Shown here piece by piece: positions 37,257-49,493 of a stretch of 64,000 nt of DNA (position 1 is its first letter; every line of letters begins with the position of its first letter). This stretch comes from Myxococcota bacterium. GTDB taxonomy: Bacteria > Myxococcota_A > UBA796 > CAJQPC01. A program made the translations under genes and the position numbers. The stretch is taken from NCBI GenBank assembly GCA_036229005.1, contig JAZAMN010000014.1, forward strand, positions 1-64,000, in the 5' to 3' direction. The notes under the pieces are model-generated. The model saw nothing but the letters and a program-made list of their open reading frames with translations. It was not told the DNA's origin and did no database searches.

Positions 37257-39476
37257 ATGTTGCCCACCCTCCTGCTCTTCCTCGGCTGCCCCAAGACCCC
37301 TGAGCCCTCCGCGGTCGAGGTCGTCGTCCCCCTGGAGCCCGAGGCTCCGGCCCAGCCCCAGTCCGTCATCCTGTTCATCGGCGATGGCATGGGCCCCGGC
37401 CAGGTCGGGCTGCTGCAGCTCTTCGCCCAGCGCGCCGCCGAGGGCAGCTACGCCTACCCGGAGACGGCGTTCGACCGGCTCTCCGAGCAGGGGCACGTGG
37501 GCATCTCCCAGACCTCCCCCCACGACCGCCTGGTGGTGGACTCGGCCTGCAGCGCGACCCAGCTCGCCACCGGAGAGTCCACCTTGAGCGAGGTGATCGG
37601 CGTGGGCACCCAGGGCCAGGCCCTGGAGACCGTGCTGGAGCGCGCCGAGGCCAACGGCAAGGCCACCGGGCTGGTCTCCGACACCCGGATCACCCACGCC
37701 ACGCCGGCGGCCTTCGCGGCCCACGTGGGGCACCGGGATCAGGAGAACGACATCGCCGCCCAGCTCGTCCGCAGCTCGGCGGACGTGCTCTTCTCGGGAG
37801 GTATGCGCCACTTTGTGCCCACCGAGCAGGGCGGCAAGCGCACGGACGGTCAGGATCTGCTCGCGGAGGCCCAGTCCCTGGGCTTCTCGGTGATCACCGA
37901 GCGCAACGAACTCGCGGAGGCCCAGACCCCGGTGCTGGGGCTGTTCGCCAACAGCGGCATGCTGGACGGCATCTCGGACCACGCCAGCCGCCAAGACGCT
38001 GCGCGCACCGAGCCCACCCTGCGGGAGATGAGCCAGGCCGCCGTGGAGCTGCTGGAGCAGGACCCAGACGGCTTCTTCCTGATGGTGGAGGCCGGGCAGA
38101 TCGACTGGGCCGGCCACGCCAACGACCCCGGCTACCTGCTGCACGAGATGGTCAAGGCGGACGAGACCCTGCAGTACCTGGTGGACTACGCGGCGGCCCA
38201 CCCCGAGGTGCTGCTGGTGGTCACCGCCGACCACGAGACGGGGGGCTTCGGGTTCGCCTACGGGCGCTCCAACATGCCCAACGAGCCTCAGGCGCTGGGC
38301 GGGGTGTTCACCGAGGAGCAGCCCTACCAGCCGAGCTGGTACTTCGGCGAGGACAGCCTGCTGGACGCGCACTACGCGCAGAGCCAGACCTACCGAGGGG
38401 TGATCGGGGACTTCAAGGCGCTGGAGGGCGGGACCCCGGCGCAGCTTGCCGAGATGGTCAACGCCATCACCCCCTTCCAGCTCAGCGTGGAGGGGGCCGA
38501 GCGTGTCCTCGCCAGCGAACCCAACCACTACCCGGTGGAGGGGCACGGCTATCTGGAGGCGGAGCAGTTCCCGGAGATCCACGACTTCGAGGCCTTCTAC
38601 CCCTTCGGACAGGACGGCCGCACCGCGCTGTTGGCCCGGGAGCTCTCCGCCCAGTCGCAGGTGGTCTGGTCCAACGGCACCCACACGCACCTGCCGGTTC
38701 CGGTGTTCGCCATGGGCCCCAGCTCGGAGCGCTTTGACGGGCTGCTCACCCACCCGGGCGTCGGCCAGGCGCTGATGGACGCGGTGAGCGACGCGGAGCC
38801 CGCCCGCAGCTACACGCTGGCCGGGGAGAGCGGCCCCATCACCCTGAACGCCGTCTACCACGGCAGCCTGTACCTGGAGGCGCAGGGGCAGGTGATCTGG
38901 CTGGACCCCTGGAGCAAGGGGCCTCTGGCGGGGCTGCCCGCGGCGGATCTGCTGCTGATCACGGACATCCACCCCGACCACCTGGACGCGGCGGCCGTCG
39001 CGGCGGTCTCGGACGGGGAGACGGTGACGGTGGCGCCCCAGGCGGTGGCCGACAAGCTGGAGGGCGTGGACCACGTGCTGGCCAACGGGGAGACCCTGGA
39101 GTGGGCCGGCGTGGGGCTGCTGGCAACGCCCATGTACAACCACACCCGGGGCCCGGAGCCGGGCAAGCTCTACCACGACAAGGGGCGGGGCAATGGCTAC
39201 CTGCTGGAGGTGGACGGTCGGCGCATCTACATCGCCGGGGACACCGCCTGCACCGACGAGATGAAGGCCCTGGAGGACATCGATCTGGCGCTGGTGCCCA
39301 TGAACCTGCCCTACACGATGACCCCCCAGGAGGCGGCGAGCTGCGTGGCGGCGTTTGCGCCCCAGGTGGTCGTGCCCTTCCACTACCGGGAGAGCAACCT
39401 GGCGCTGTTCGAGGCCGGGCTCAAGGGCAGCGGCGTGCAGGTGCAGCGGCTGGAGTTCTACCCGCCGGTGGACTGA
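37257..39476 (+). CDS. Alkaline phosphatase (PhoA family) fused to a C-terminal MBL-fold hydrolase; lipoprotein
   Basis: IGDGMG, VDSA, THATPA, EAGQIDWAGHAND, TADHETGG, then TDIHPDHLD, YIAGDT, PFHY. Confidence 0.88.
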   Translation: MLPTLLLFLGCPKTPEPSAVEVVVPLEPEAPAQPQSVILFIGDGMGPGQVGLLQLFAQRAAEGSYAYPETAFDRLSEQGHVGISQTSPHDRLVVDSACSATQLATGESTLSEVIGVGTQGQALETVLERAEANGKATGLVSDTRITHATPAAFAAHVGHRDQENDIAAQLVRSSADVLFSGGMRHFVPTEQGGKRTDGQDLLAEAQSLGFSVITERNELAEAQTPVLGLFANSGMLDGISDHASRQDAARTEPTLREMSQAAVELLEQDPDGFFLMVEAGQIDWAGHANDPGYLLHEMVKADETLQYLVDYAAAHPEVLLVVTADHETGGFGFAYGRSNMPNEPQALGGVFTEEQPYQPSWYFGEDSLLDAHYAQSQTYRGVIGDFKALEGGTPAQLAEMVNAITPFQLSVEGAERVLASEPNHYPVEGHGYLEAEQFPEIHDFEAFYPFGQDGRTALLARELSAQSQVVWSNGTHTHLPVPVFAMGPSSERFDGLLTHPGVGQALMDAVSDAEPARSYTLAGESGPITLNAVYHGSLYLEAQGQVIWLDPWSKGPLAGLPAADLLLITDIHPDHLDAAAVAAVSDGETVTVAPQAVADKLEGVDHVLANGETLEWAGVGLLATPMYNHTRGPEPGKLYHDKGRGNGYLLEVDGRRIYIAGDTACTDEMKALEDIDLALVPMNLPYTMTPQEAASCVAAFAPQVVVPFHYRESNLALFEAGLKGSGVQVQRLEFYPPVD

Positions 39477-39601
39477 GCGGATGCGGGCGTTAGCGCCGGT
39501 AATCGTGGGCCAGTGGCCGGGGCGCTACGCTCCCAGAGCCGGGTTGTGGGGTGGCTGTTGTCCCTGCTCCGGTCTGTTCGACCTTGTGATGGGAGCCCCC
39601 C

Positions 39602-41470
39602 GTGCCTGAGACCCAGCCTGAGACCCTGCCCGAGACGCCCGCCCCCCAGACCTTCGCGCTGCTGATCGGCGTGGCCGACTACAGCACGCTGGACCGCAGC
39701 ACCGGGCGGCCGATGGGCCACAATGACCTCCCTGGGGCGCTCAACGACCTGCGCTCGATGGCCATGCTGGTCCGGATGATGGAGGTCCCCGCTGCGAACA
39801 TCCGGGTCCTCTCCTCTCCCCTGAGCAGCCCGGACGCGTTCGCCGCGGTGGCCAACGGGCGGGACCCGGCGATCGACATGAACATGGCCCAGGCCCAGTT
39901 CGGCCCGGCCACCCACGACGCCATCCTGGAGGGCCTGGACTGGCTCAGCGCGCAGCTCCAGGCGCCCAACACGCAGGGGGTGGTCTACTTCTCGGGGCAC
40001 TCCGTGGTGAGCACCAGTGGGCACCCCGCCCTGGCGCCCTCGGACACCCGGCGCGACCTGGACGATGTGCGGGTGGTGCCCTGCAAGGACTTCGATAGCT
40101 GGATGCCGCGGACGGTCCTGGTGAGCGCGGTGGAGCAGGTGACGGGGCCCAGTGCGCAGCGCATCCAGCGCTTCATCGACGCCCTGCTGGGGGCGCCCTT
40201 TGACGACCTGCGGACTCGAGCGCTGCAGCTCGCAGAGGCCCAGGAGCTCTCCGACGCGGAGGCTGGGGTCGAGCGCTTCATGCGGGACCTGGGCAACATG
40301 GGGGACGACGGCGGCGCCACGGGATCTGGACGCGACAAGAAGGCCGCGCAGGCGGTGAAGTTGGCGGGCCAGGTCAGCTACTCCCTGCTGGAGATCGAGT
40401 CGGTGCTCCACGGCGATGCGTTCACCGACGAAGACCCGCTGCGGGGGCTGATCTCCTTCAACCGGGCCTTCTTCCAGCGCCTGCGCAAGCTGCCGGAGAC
40501 CAACCCGGTGCAGATCCTGCTGGAGACCTGCCTCCAGGAGCAGCCCGAGCGCGCGCTTGCGCCCTACTACGAGCGCGGCGAGGTGCCCCTTGCCCACGGG
40601 AACATGGCGATGCTGGCGGGCTGTCAGCTCCGGCAGGCCAGCCAGATGGCGGTGTTCGACAACCGCTGGCACGGCGCGTTCACCTGGGCGCTGGTGAGCC
40701 TGCTCAGCAAGACCACCGTCAAGCTGTACGCCGGCCATCGCAGCTTCGACGTCTCCTACGGCAAGCTCACCCAGGACATCTCCGCGCTGCTGCGCCTGAT
40801 GCGGATCGAGCAGACCCCGCTGCTCTCGGCGGCCAAGGGGGCCAAGGACTGGGAGGTGCTGGGCAAGGCGCCGGAGCGTCCCAAGCGCGAGCTGCCGCCC
40901 GTGATCAAGCCCAAGCAACTGAACGGTGGAAACACCGGGCACATCTTCCAGGTCTTGGACGCCGAAGGCGCCGCGCTGGGCTGGATGATCCGCACCCCCA
41001 ACAACAGCGACGTCGTGGCCAAGGGGGTGACCTGGACCCAGAAGCGCGAGTACTGGGTCTGGAACGGCGACGTGACACCCTGGGCCACTACGACGCTGCG
41101 CCTGGTGCGGCCGCCCGGCACCGCCACCGGGGGGCTGGCCGGCTGGATCAACATGCCTGAGGGCGTCCCCCACGCCCCTGCACACCTGTCGGCCCCAGCG
41201 GCGCCGTTCACCAACTCCGACAAGACCCCCGGTGGACCCGGCTGGAACGTGAGCTTCAAGGAGCCCGGACCGAACGTCGGGCCGATGCTGGCGCGGGTGC
41301 AGAAGAGCGGCACCACCCTGACCTGGTTCCGGGTGGGGGGCGCGCTGGGCTGGCTGGAGTTCGGGACCGGTCCGGTGGCCCCCGCGGGCCGGGAGATTGT
41401 CTGGACCTACACGGCCGCGCCGCCGTCTGATGTCACCTACGGCAGCAGCTGTGAGGACGTGATGGAGTAG
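39602..41470 (+). CDS. Peptidase C14 (metacaspase-like) protein with internal insertion and unknown C-terminal domain
   Basis: FALLIGVADY, DLPGALND, YFSGHS, LLETC, HGAFTWAL, EQTP. Confidence 0.8.
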   Translation: MPETQPETLPETPAPQTFALLIGVADYSTLDRSTGRPMGHNDLPGALNDLRSMAMLVRMMEVPAANIRVLSSPLSSPDAFAAVANGRDPAIDMNMAQAQFGPATHDAILEGLDWLSAQLQAPNTQGVVYFSGHSVVSTSGHPALAPSDTRRDLDDVRVVPCKDFDSWMPRTVLVSAVEQVTGPSAQRIQRFIDALLGAPFDDLRTRALQLAEAQELSDAEAGVERFMRDLGNMGDDGGATGSGRDKKAAQAVKLAGQVSYSLLEIESVLHGDAFTDEDPLRGLISFNRAFFQRLRKLPETNPVQILLETCLQEQPERALAPYYERGEVPLAHGNMAMLAGCQLRQASQMAVFDNRWHGAFTWALVSLLSKTTVKLYAGHRSFDVSYGKLTQDISALLRLMRIEQTPLLSAAKGAKDWEVLGKAPERPKRELPPVIKPKQLNGGNTGHIFQVLDAEGAALGWMIRTPNNSDVVAKGVTWTQKREYWVWNGDVTPWATTTLRLVRPPGTATGGLAGWINMPEGVPHAPAHLSAPAAPFTNSDKTPGGPGWNVSFKEPGPNVGPMLARVQKSGTTLTWFRVGGALGWLEFGTGPVAPAGREIVWTYTAAPPSDVTYGSSCEDVME

Positions 41471-41475
41471 GGGAC

Positions 41476-43790
<2,315 letters not shown>

Positions 43791-43791
<1 letters not shown>

Positions 43792-44711
43792 CAGGGGCGG
43801 CGGATCTCGAAGCGGGGGCAGCCAAAGCGGAGCTGGCCCGAGCCGGTGCGGCGCTCCACGAGGGCCTTGGCGTCGAGCACGCCGGCCCGCTTGAGGTGCT
43901 GGCGGGCGCGGAAGACGGCGACGTTGAACTGGTTGTCGGGGATGCGCAGGCCACGGACCAGGTCGTCCCGGTAGCGCCAGCCCCGCTCGCCCTCGGACAG
44001 CGTGGGGTCCTGGGCGTCCTCGGCGCGGGCCCGGGCCAGGGTGAGCAGCAGGTAGTGCTGGGCGCGGTGGGAGAGCTTGCGGTGGTTGCCGCGGCGGTCG
44101 CGCAGCTCCAGGGCGACGTGCTCTTCGTCCTGGGAGACCAGGAAGGTGATGCTGAGCTCGGCGAAGTGGATCTGGGTGCTCTGCACCACGGTGTCGGTGC
44201 GGACCACCGCGCCAGGCAGGTGGATCCGCCAGCTCCGGCCGCCGGCCTCCACGACCTCGCCCACCTGGAGGGGGCGGACCTCCATCTCGCGCTCCAGGCA
44301 GGGGCGCCCGTCGTCGTCCAGGTAGAGCACGACCTCGGGGCTGTCGGGATCCGGCAGCACCAGCAGCTCACCGTCGGCCTCGATCCACAGCTCCCCGGAG
44401 CTCGCGGCCAGCACCGGCGCGCGATCGTCGACCAGCACCCAGGGCGACTCGGGGCTGCCGAAGGCGAGCTGTGCGCCGCGGGTCAGCAGCTCTCGGGCCC
44501 CGGACTCCAGGCGGCGGCCGCCCACATAGGTGCCGTTGCGGCTGCCCAGGTCCCGCAGCTCCCAGCCCTGCCCCTTCCACGCCAGCATGGCGTGCATCCC
44601 GGAGACGCGGGGGTCTTCCAGGCGCAGCACGCAGGCGCGGGAGCGTCCGATGCTGGTCTCCGCTGAGAGGCGGAGTTCCTGGCCGGATTTGGGGTGTCGG
44701 AGCTTGGGCAT
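43791..44711 (-). CDS. FHA-domain protein with C-terminal HTH-like region
   Basis: IGRS, VSGMHA, DLGSRNGTYV. Confidence 0.88.
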
Positions 44712-44756
44712 CGCCCCATTTTGACACGACGCAGCCCAAGGCCCGCCTCCCCGGAC

Positions 44757-45455
44757 TCAGGGCAGGTCGAACACCAGGGCCTCCACGCCCTCCGCGCCTG
44801 CGCTGAGCGAGAGCTGCTCGGCGCCCTCGATGGCCAGGCCGTCACCCGCCTTGAGTGCGGCGCCGTTGACCTGGAGGCTGCCCTTGATCACCTGCACCCA
44901 AGCCCGGGGACCGCGCGGATCGAGCTGGGCCTGACCCTGTGCGTCCAGGAGCAGGCGGTGGAGGTCCATGTCCTGGTCGATGCGCAGCGAGCCCTCGCGG
45001 CCGGTGGGTGAGACCACCAGGCGCAGGCCCTCGCCGGGGGTGGGCTCGAAGAGCCGCTGGTCGTAGCGCGGGGCGCTGCGGGCGCTGCGGGGCAGGATCC
45101 AGATCTGGAGGAAGTGGACCTCCTCTTGGGTGGACCCGTTCATCTCCGAGTGCTGGATGCCGCGGCCGGCGCTCATGAGCTGCACCTCGCCGGGGCGGAT
45201 GACCGAGCCGTTGCCCAGGGTGTCCTTGTGCTCCAGGGCGCCGGAGATCACGTAGGACAGGATCTCCATGCTCTGGTGGTGGTGGGGCAGGAAGCCCCGA
45301 CCGGGGGCCACCTTGTCCTCGTTGATCACCCGCAGCGGGCCAAAGCCCATGTGCCGGCGGTCGTAGTAGTGGGCGAACGAGAAGCTGTGCTGGCTGTAGA
45401 GCCAGCCGTGGTTTGCCTGGCCGCGGGCGGCGGCGGGGCGGATCTCCATCTGCAT
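44757..45455 (-). CDS. Pirin family protein (YhhW-like)
   Basis: HSFSFA, LRVINED, MEILSYV, MSAGRGIQHSE, LQIWI; SD AAGGAGG. Confidence 0.92.
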   Translation of the reverse strand: MQMEIRPAAARGQANHGWLYSQHSFSFAHYYDRRHMGFGPLRVINEDKVAPGRGFLPHHHQSMEILSYVISGALEHKDTLGNGSVIRPGEVQLMSAGRGIQHSEMNGSTQEEVHFLQIWILPRSARSAPRYDQRLFEPTPGEGLRLVVSPTGREGSLRIDQDMDLHRLLLDAQGQAQLDPRGPRAWVQVIKGSLQVNGAALKAGDGLAIEGAEQLSLSAGAEGVEALVFDLP

Positions 45456-45500
45456 GGGAGCCTCCTTTCGGAACCCAGCCTAGGCCCGGGGAAGCGCCGC

Positions 45501-45530
45501 AACAATCGGAGCCAATCAGAATTGATTGTT
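45501..45530. promoter_or_regulatory. Inverted repeat upstream of pirin, possible regulator site
   Basis: AACAATC-N16-GATTGTT in an AT-rich patch. Confidence 0.45.
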
Positions 45531-45585
45531 CCAGAAGCTGCCACCACACTCCGGGCGCCAGTCACCAGCCGCCGGCCACCAGCGC

Positions 45586-46311
45586 TCAGAACTCCACGCC
45601 GCAGTGCCCCTCCCCATCGACATGCCCGACGGTCTGGGTCAGGTGCCGCACGAACGCCGCGAGGTCCTCGACCTCCGAGTACTGGCCGACGCTGTAGCCC
45701 AGCGGCGCCAGGGAGACGGCCTCCAGCTCGTCCAGGGTCACGCTCCCGTCGGCGTCGGCGTCGGCGTTCACGATGGGCCAGCCCTGCAGCACGGCGTCGT
45801 CGGCCTCCAGGGCGTCGTAGAACAGGTGGTCGCCGTGGACGGTCAGCTCCGTGGTGACCTCGCCGGCGGACGGGACCGTCAGGGCGTCGGGCTCACACAG
45901 GTAGGTCGTGGTGGTGGAGAAGGACCAGTCGAACGCCACGGTCTCGGCCTCCTCCCCCTCGCCGCAGCTCAGCTCACCGGCCACGTGCACGCTGTCGCTG
46001 GCGTCGGGCGCGATGACGAAGCGGGCCGTGGTGTAGGTGCCGGCGGGGACCTCCACGCTGCCCAGGTCGTGCGGGCCGACGGGCACCAGGTCCACCCGCG
46101 CGGGCTCCAGGTCGGCCACCGCGTCGCCGTTCCCGTCCAGGAGCTGGCCCTCGGTGATCTCCACCTCGAAGCTGGAGAAGGTGACCGAGCAGCCGTCGCT
46201 GAACTCCGCCGCGGGGATGCCGGTCTCGATGTAGTCCTCGCCCCAGGTGTCCACGGTCCAGGTGCCGGTGCTGCAGGCGATCAGCGAAAAGATGAGGGAG
46301 AAGGAGGGCAT
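45586..46311 (-). CDS. TonB-receptor-associated lipoprotein
   Basis: Lipobox LIAC; HGDHLFYD, DADADGSVTLDEL, GHVDGEGHC. Confidence 0.8.
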   Translation of the reverse strand: MPSFSLIFSLIACSTGTWTVDTWGEDYIETGIPAAEFSDGCSVTFSSFEVEITEGQLLDGNGDAVADLEPARVDLVPVGPHDLGSVEVPAGTYTTARFVIAPDASDSVHVAGELSCGEGEEAETVAFDWSFSTTTTYLCEPDALTVPSAGEVTTELTVHGDHLFYDALEADDAVLQGWPIVNADADADGSVTLDELEAVSLAPLGYSVGQYSEVEDLAAFVRHLTQTVGHVDGEGHCGVEF

Positions 46312-46974
46312 TCAGGGCTCCAGGGTCAGGCTGTAGGTGGGGGTGCTCAGGGCACCGAATGAGAAGCTGTTCTCGACGCCGTCGTCCGCTGCGGTGAGCA
46401 GGCCGTCGTCGTCGCTGTCCGCGCTCAGGTCCACCCAGGACAGGGCGTGGGCGGGGTCGAGGGAGAGGACCAGGGCGCTGGGGGGATCCGTGCTCACCAC
46501 CTGGGCCTCCAGGGGCAGCCCGGTCACCTCGGCATCGCTCTCGACAGCGAGGTCAAAGGGATGCAGCGCGCCGTCCAGCTCGGCGACGCCCTGGAGGCGC
46601 AGGGTCCCGGCCAGCTCCAGGCGTCCGGTGGCCAGCTCCCCCTCGTAGAGCTGCAGCGTGCCCAGGTCCTGGTCGCTGAGCAGGTCCAGCTCCCACTCCC
46701 CCAGCAGCTCGCCCAGCACGCCGCCCGCGCTCTCGTGGCCGGGGTGCGCGTGGGCGACGGAGATGGGGGAGAGGTGCCGCAGCAGGGCGCTCCCGGTGTC
46801 CTGGGTGCTGCTGGCGGGGGACTCCAGGCGCAGGCTGCCGATGGTCCAGGTGGCCTGCTCCAGGGTGGCGGTGCCGCCGTCCTCCAGGGTGAGCGCGGCG
46901 GGGGAGGCCTCAAAGCGCGCGGGCAGCGCCAGCAGGTCGCGGTCGGGCACGCAGGCCAGCATCCAGAGCCACAT
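46312..46974 (-). CDS. TonB-receptor-associated lipoprotein with HPGH motif
   Basis: Start MWLWMLAC (TGATG overlap); VAHAHPGH; DSDDDG. Confidence 0.8.
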   Translation of the reverse strand: MWLWMLACVPDRDLLALPARFEASPAALTLEDGGTATLEQATWTIGSLRLESPASSTQDTGSALLRHLSPISVAHAHPGHESAGGVLGELLGEWELDLLSDQDLGTLQLYEGELATGRLELAGTLRLQGVAELDGALHPFDLAVESDAEVTGLPLEAQVVSTDPPSALVLSLDPAHALSWVDLSADSDDDGLLTAADDGVENSFSFGALSTPTYSLTLEP

Positions 46975-48968
46975 CAGAAGCGCCTCGTCAGGGTCAGGCG
47001 AGCGACCCGGGGGGCCCCCGCGGTGAAGTGCCGGGCGGGCAGCTCCGAGGCGGTGCTCCCCGCGACCCAGTTGGACGCGTAGACGAACTCGCCGTCTCGC
47101 CACTGGTTGCCCAGGATGTTGTCCACCGAGAGCCCCACGCCCCAGGACTTCCAGGCGACCTGCGCGCGAAGATCGAGCACGAACGCCGGGTGTGACGAGA
47201 ACCCGCCCGGCAGGGGGCGGCGGCCCAGCACCCAGCCCCGGAGGCCGGCGGTCAGGGTGGTGGGGCCCAGGGGCAGGCCGGTCGCGTAGAGCCCGGAGCT
47301 GAGCAGCAGGCGCGGCGCGTAGGGGATGTCGGCGCCGGTCTCGGTGTAGCGGCCCAGGCTCCAGGTCCCGTCCAGCTCCCAGCGCAGCCGCTCGATGGGG
47401 CGCACCTGCAGCCCCGCGTCCACGCCCACCCGCCGGGTCGAGCCGGTGGCCAGGTAGCGGGCCTCCAGGTGGTCGAACACGATCTCGTCGCTCACCCAGG
47501 TCGCGAAGCCCGCGCCGCGCCAGGAGAGCCAGGGCAGTGGCGCGCTGCGCAGGCCCAGCTCCATGCTGTCCGAGGTGGCCATGGGCGCGCGTCCGCTGGC
47601 GGTGGTCCCGGCCAGGGTGGGGGAGCGGTAGCCCCGCCCGTAGGCGAGCTGGAGCTGGGTGGCCCGCTCCTCGAAGAGCTGCAGGCTCAGGCGGGGGGCC
47701 AGCGCGGGGGCCCAGGCGCGGATGCCCTCCGGGGCGACCAGGAAGGCGCCGCCGCGCAGCGAAGGCTCCACGCGCAGCCAGGAGGTGGGGTGGAGGGGGA
47801 GGCTGATCCAGCCCTCGGCGCCGGCGCTCACACCGCTCAGGCTCTGCTGGAGCGCGAGCACCTCGCCACCGGTGTCCACCGTCGAGGTGCTCTGATCCAC
47901 GGAGTCCACCCGCAGGCTGCCGCCGCCCAGCAGCACCATCCCGGGTCGCAGGGTGCGGCTCCCGTCGCCCACCAGCCCGGCGCTCAGTGCCTCGTGCGCC
48001 TGCAGCGTGCCGTCGCCGTTCTCCGCGTCGCTCAGGTAGCCCGTGTAGTTCTGGGTGAGCTCCAGCCGCCGCAGGCCCGCCCAGCCCGTGAGGCTCCACG
48101 CGCTGCCCTGGTGGCTCTGGGACAGCTCGGCGGCCGCCAGCACCCGCTGGGACAGCCCCCCGCCAGACCCCGCGTAGGCGTCGTAGAAGTCCACCTGGTC
48201 CGCTGCCAGCATGTCCTCGCGCAGCACACCGGGGCTCTCGAAGTTGCCGTGGTAGGCCAGAGCCCAGATGCGGTGGTCCACGGAGCCTCGGGTGCCCTCC
48301 CAGCCGGCTCCTGCCCGGAGCTGCTGGTAGCCGCGGGACATGCCCACGCCCTGTCCGCCCTCGAGCTCGGCGATCGCGAAGCTGCCGCTGGGAGCGTCCT
48401 TGGGCCGGTAGCTCAGGCTGGCCTCGCCGCTCAGGTCGCTGCCCACGCCCAGGGTGAGCTGGGCTCCGGGCTGCGAGAGGCCCAGGGAGAAGTCCGCCGA
48501 GCCCGCGACCGCGAAGTCGCCTCCTTGTGGCGCGTAGCTGCCAGGGCGCAGCAGCACGCCGGACAGCAGCGCGGTGGGCAGGAAGTGCAGGTCCAGGTAG
48601 CCGTGGGCGTGCACGTTGGAGGGCTCGTTGAGCGGCACGCCCTCCAGGGTCACGGCCAGGTCCGCGCCGTGCACCGCGTCGAAGCCGCGCAGGAAGTACT
48701 GGTAGGCCTTGCCCTCTCCGCCGTGGGCCGACTGGTGCAGCCCCGGCATAGCCCGCAGCACCTGGTCGGCGGAGCGGGCGGGGAGGGCCTGGATGTCCTG
48801 GGCGTCCAGGCTGCGCTCGGAGGCGCTGGAGCGGGTGCGCGGGGCCTGGACGACCAGCACGTCATCGGCGCTCTCGTCGTCTGAGCTGGGCTCGGCCGCC
48901 TGGCTCTGGCTGGCCAGCAGGAGGACGCCGGCCAGCGGGAGGGCGCGGAGGGAGCGGGGCGTGCTCAC
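46974..48968 (-). CDS. TonB-dependent receptor, probably for Ni/Co
   Basis: Signal peptide, TonB-box-like DVLVVQA, plug PGL...FLRGFDAVHG...HAHGY, DNILG, C-terminal F. Confidence 0.9.
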   Translation of the reverse strand: MSTPRSLRALPLAGVLLLASQSQAAEPSSDDESADDVLVVQAPRTRSSASERSLDAQDIQALPARSADQVLRAMPGLHQSAHGGEGKAYQYFLRGFDAVHGADLAVTLEGVPLNEPSNVHAHGYLDLHFLPTALLSGVLLRPGSYAPQGGDFAVAGSADFSLGLSQPGAQLTLGVGSDLSGEASLSYRPKDAPSGSFAIAELEGGQGVGMSRGYQQLRAGAGWEGTRGSVDHRIWALAYHGNFESPGVLREDMLAADQVDFYDAYAGSGGGLSQRVLAAAELSQSHQGSAWSLTGWAGLRRLELTQNYTGYLSDAENGDGTLQAHEALSAGLVGDGSRTLRPGMVLLGGGSLRVDSVDQSTSTVDTGGEVLALQQSLSGVSAGAEGWISLPLHPTSWLRVEPSLRGGAFLVAPEGIRAWAPALAPRLSLQLFEERATQLQLAYGRGYRSPTLAGTTASGRAPMATSDSMELGLRSAPLPWLSWRGAGFATWVSDEIVFDHLEARYLATGSTRRVGVDAGLQVRPIERLRWELDGTWSLGRYTETGADIPYAPRLLLSSGLYATGLPLGPTTLTAGLRGWVLGRRPLPGGFSSHPAFVLDLRAQVAWKSWGVGLSVDNILGNQWRDGEFVYASNWVAGSTASELPARHFTAGAPRVARLTLTRRF

Positions 48969-49372
48969 GCGGGGGCGGCGCCGCTGATGACCAGCTCACC
49001 GGAGAGCACACCCTTCATGGTGGCCAGGTGGTGGGCGTAGTGCTCAAGCTCGCTGCGGGTGCCCTTGAGGGCGGAGATCTCCATGCAGGTGTCGTGGTCC
49101 AGGTGCACGTGCATGGTGGACATCACGATGTCGTGGTGATCGTGGGCGGCCTCGATCATGCGCTCGGCCAGGGCCCGCTTGCGGTGATCGAACACCACCG
49201 TCAGGCTGCCGGCCACCAGCGTGTCGCTCTGCAGCTCGCTGCGCAGGCGGGCGCGGATCATGTCGCGCAGGGCCTCGCTGCGGTTGCCGTGGCCGGCCTG
49301 GGCCACGTGCTCGTCCAGGCGCTGCAGGAGCTCCCGGTCGATGCTGATGCTGATGCGCTCGATGTCGGCCAT
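48965..49372 (-). CDS. nikR: Nickel-responsive regulator NikR
   Basis: RHH domain RISISI...NRSEALRDMIR; metal-binding domain HDHH, MHVHLDHDTCME. Confidence 0.95.
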   Translation of the reverse strand: MADIERISISIDRELLQRLDEHVAQAGHGNRSEALRDMIRARLRSELQSDTLVAGSLTVVFDHRKRALAERMIEAAHDHHDIVMSTMHVHLDHDTCMEISALKGTRSELEHYAHHLATMKGVLSGELVISGAAPA

Positions 49373-49404
49373 CGGTATTACTCCGCTCGGGTTTTTCGTA
49401 TTGT

Positions 49405-49431
49405 GTATTACCAGGAGGGGCTCAGTAATAC
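49405..49431. promoter_or_regulatory. NikR operator
   Basis: Perfect palindrome GTATTAC-N13-GTAATAC about 30 nt upstream of nikR; extra half-site at 49375-49381. Confidence 0.85.
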
Positions 49432-49493
49432 TCAAAACAACGCAAGTTGCGCCGCGTTCAGGAGATCCACAGCTCCCGGGTTAGACGGCCCCC

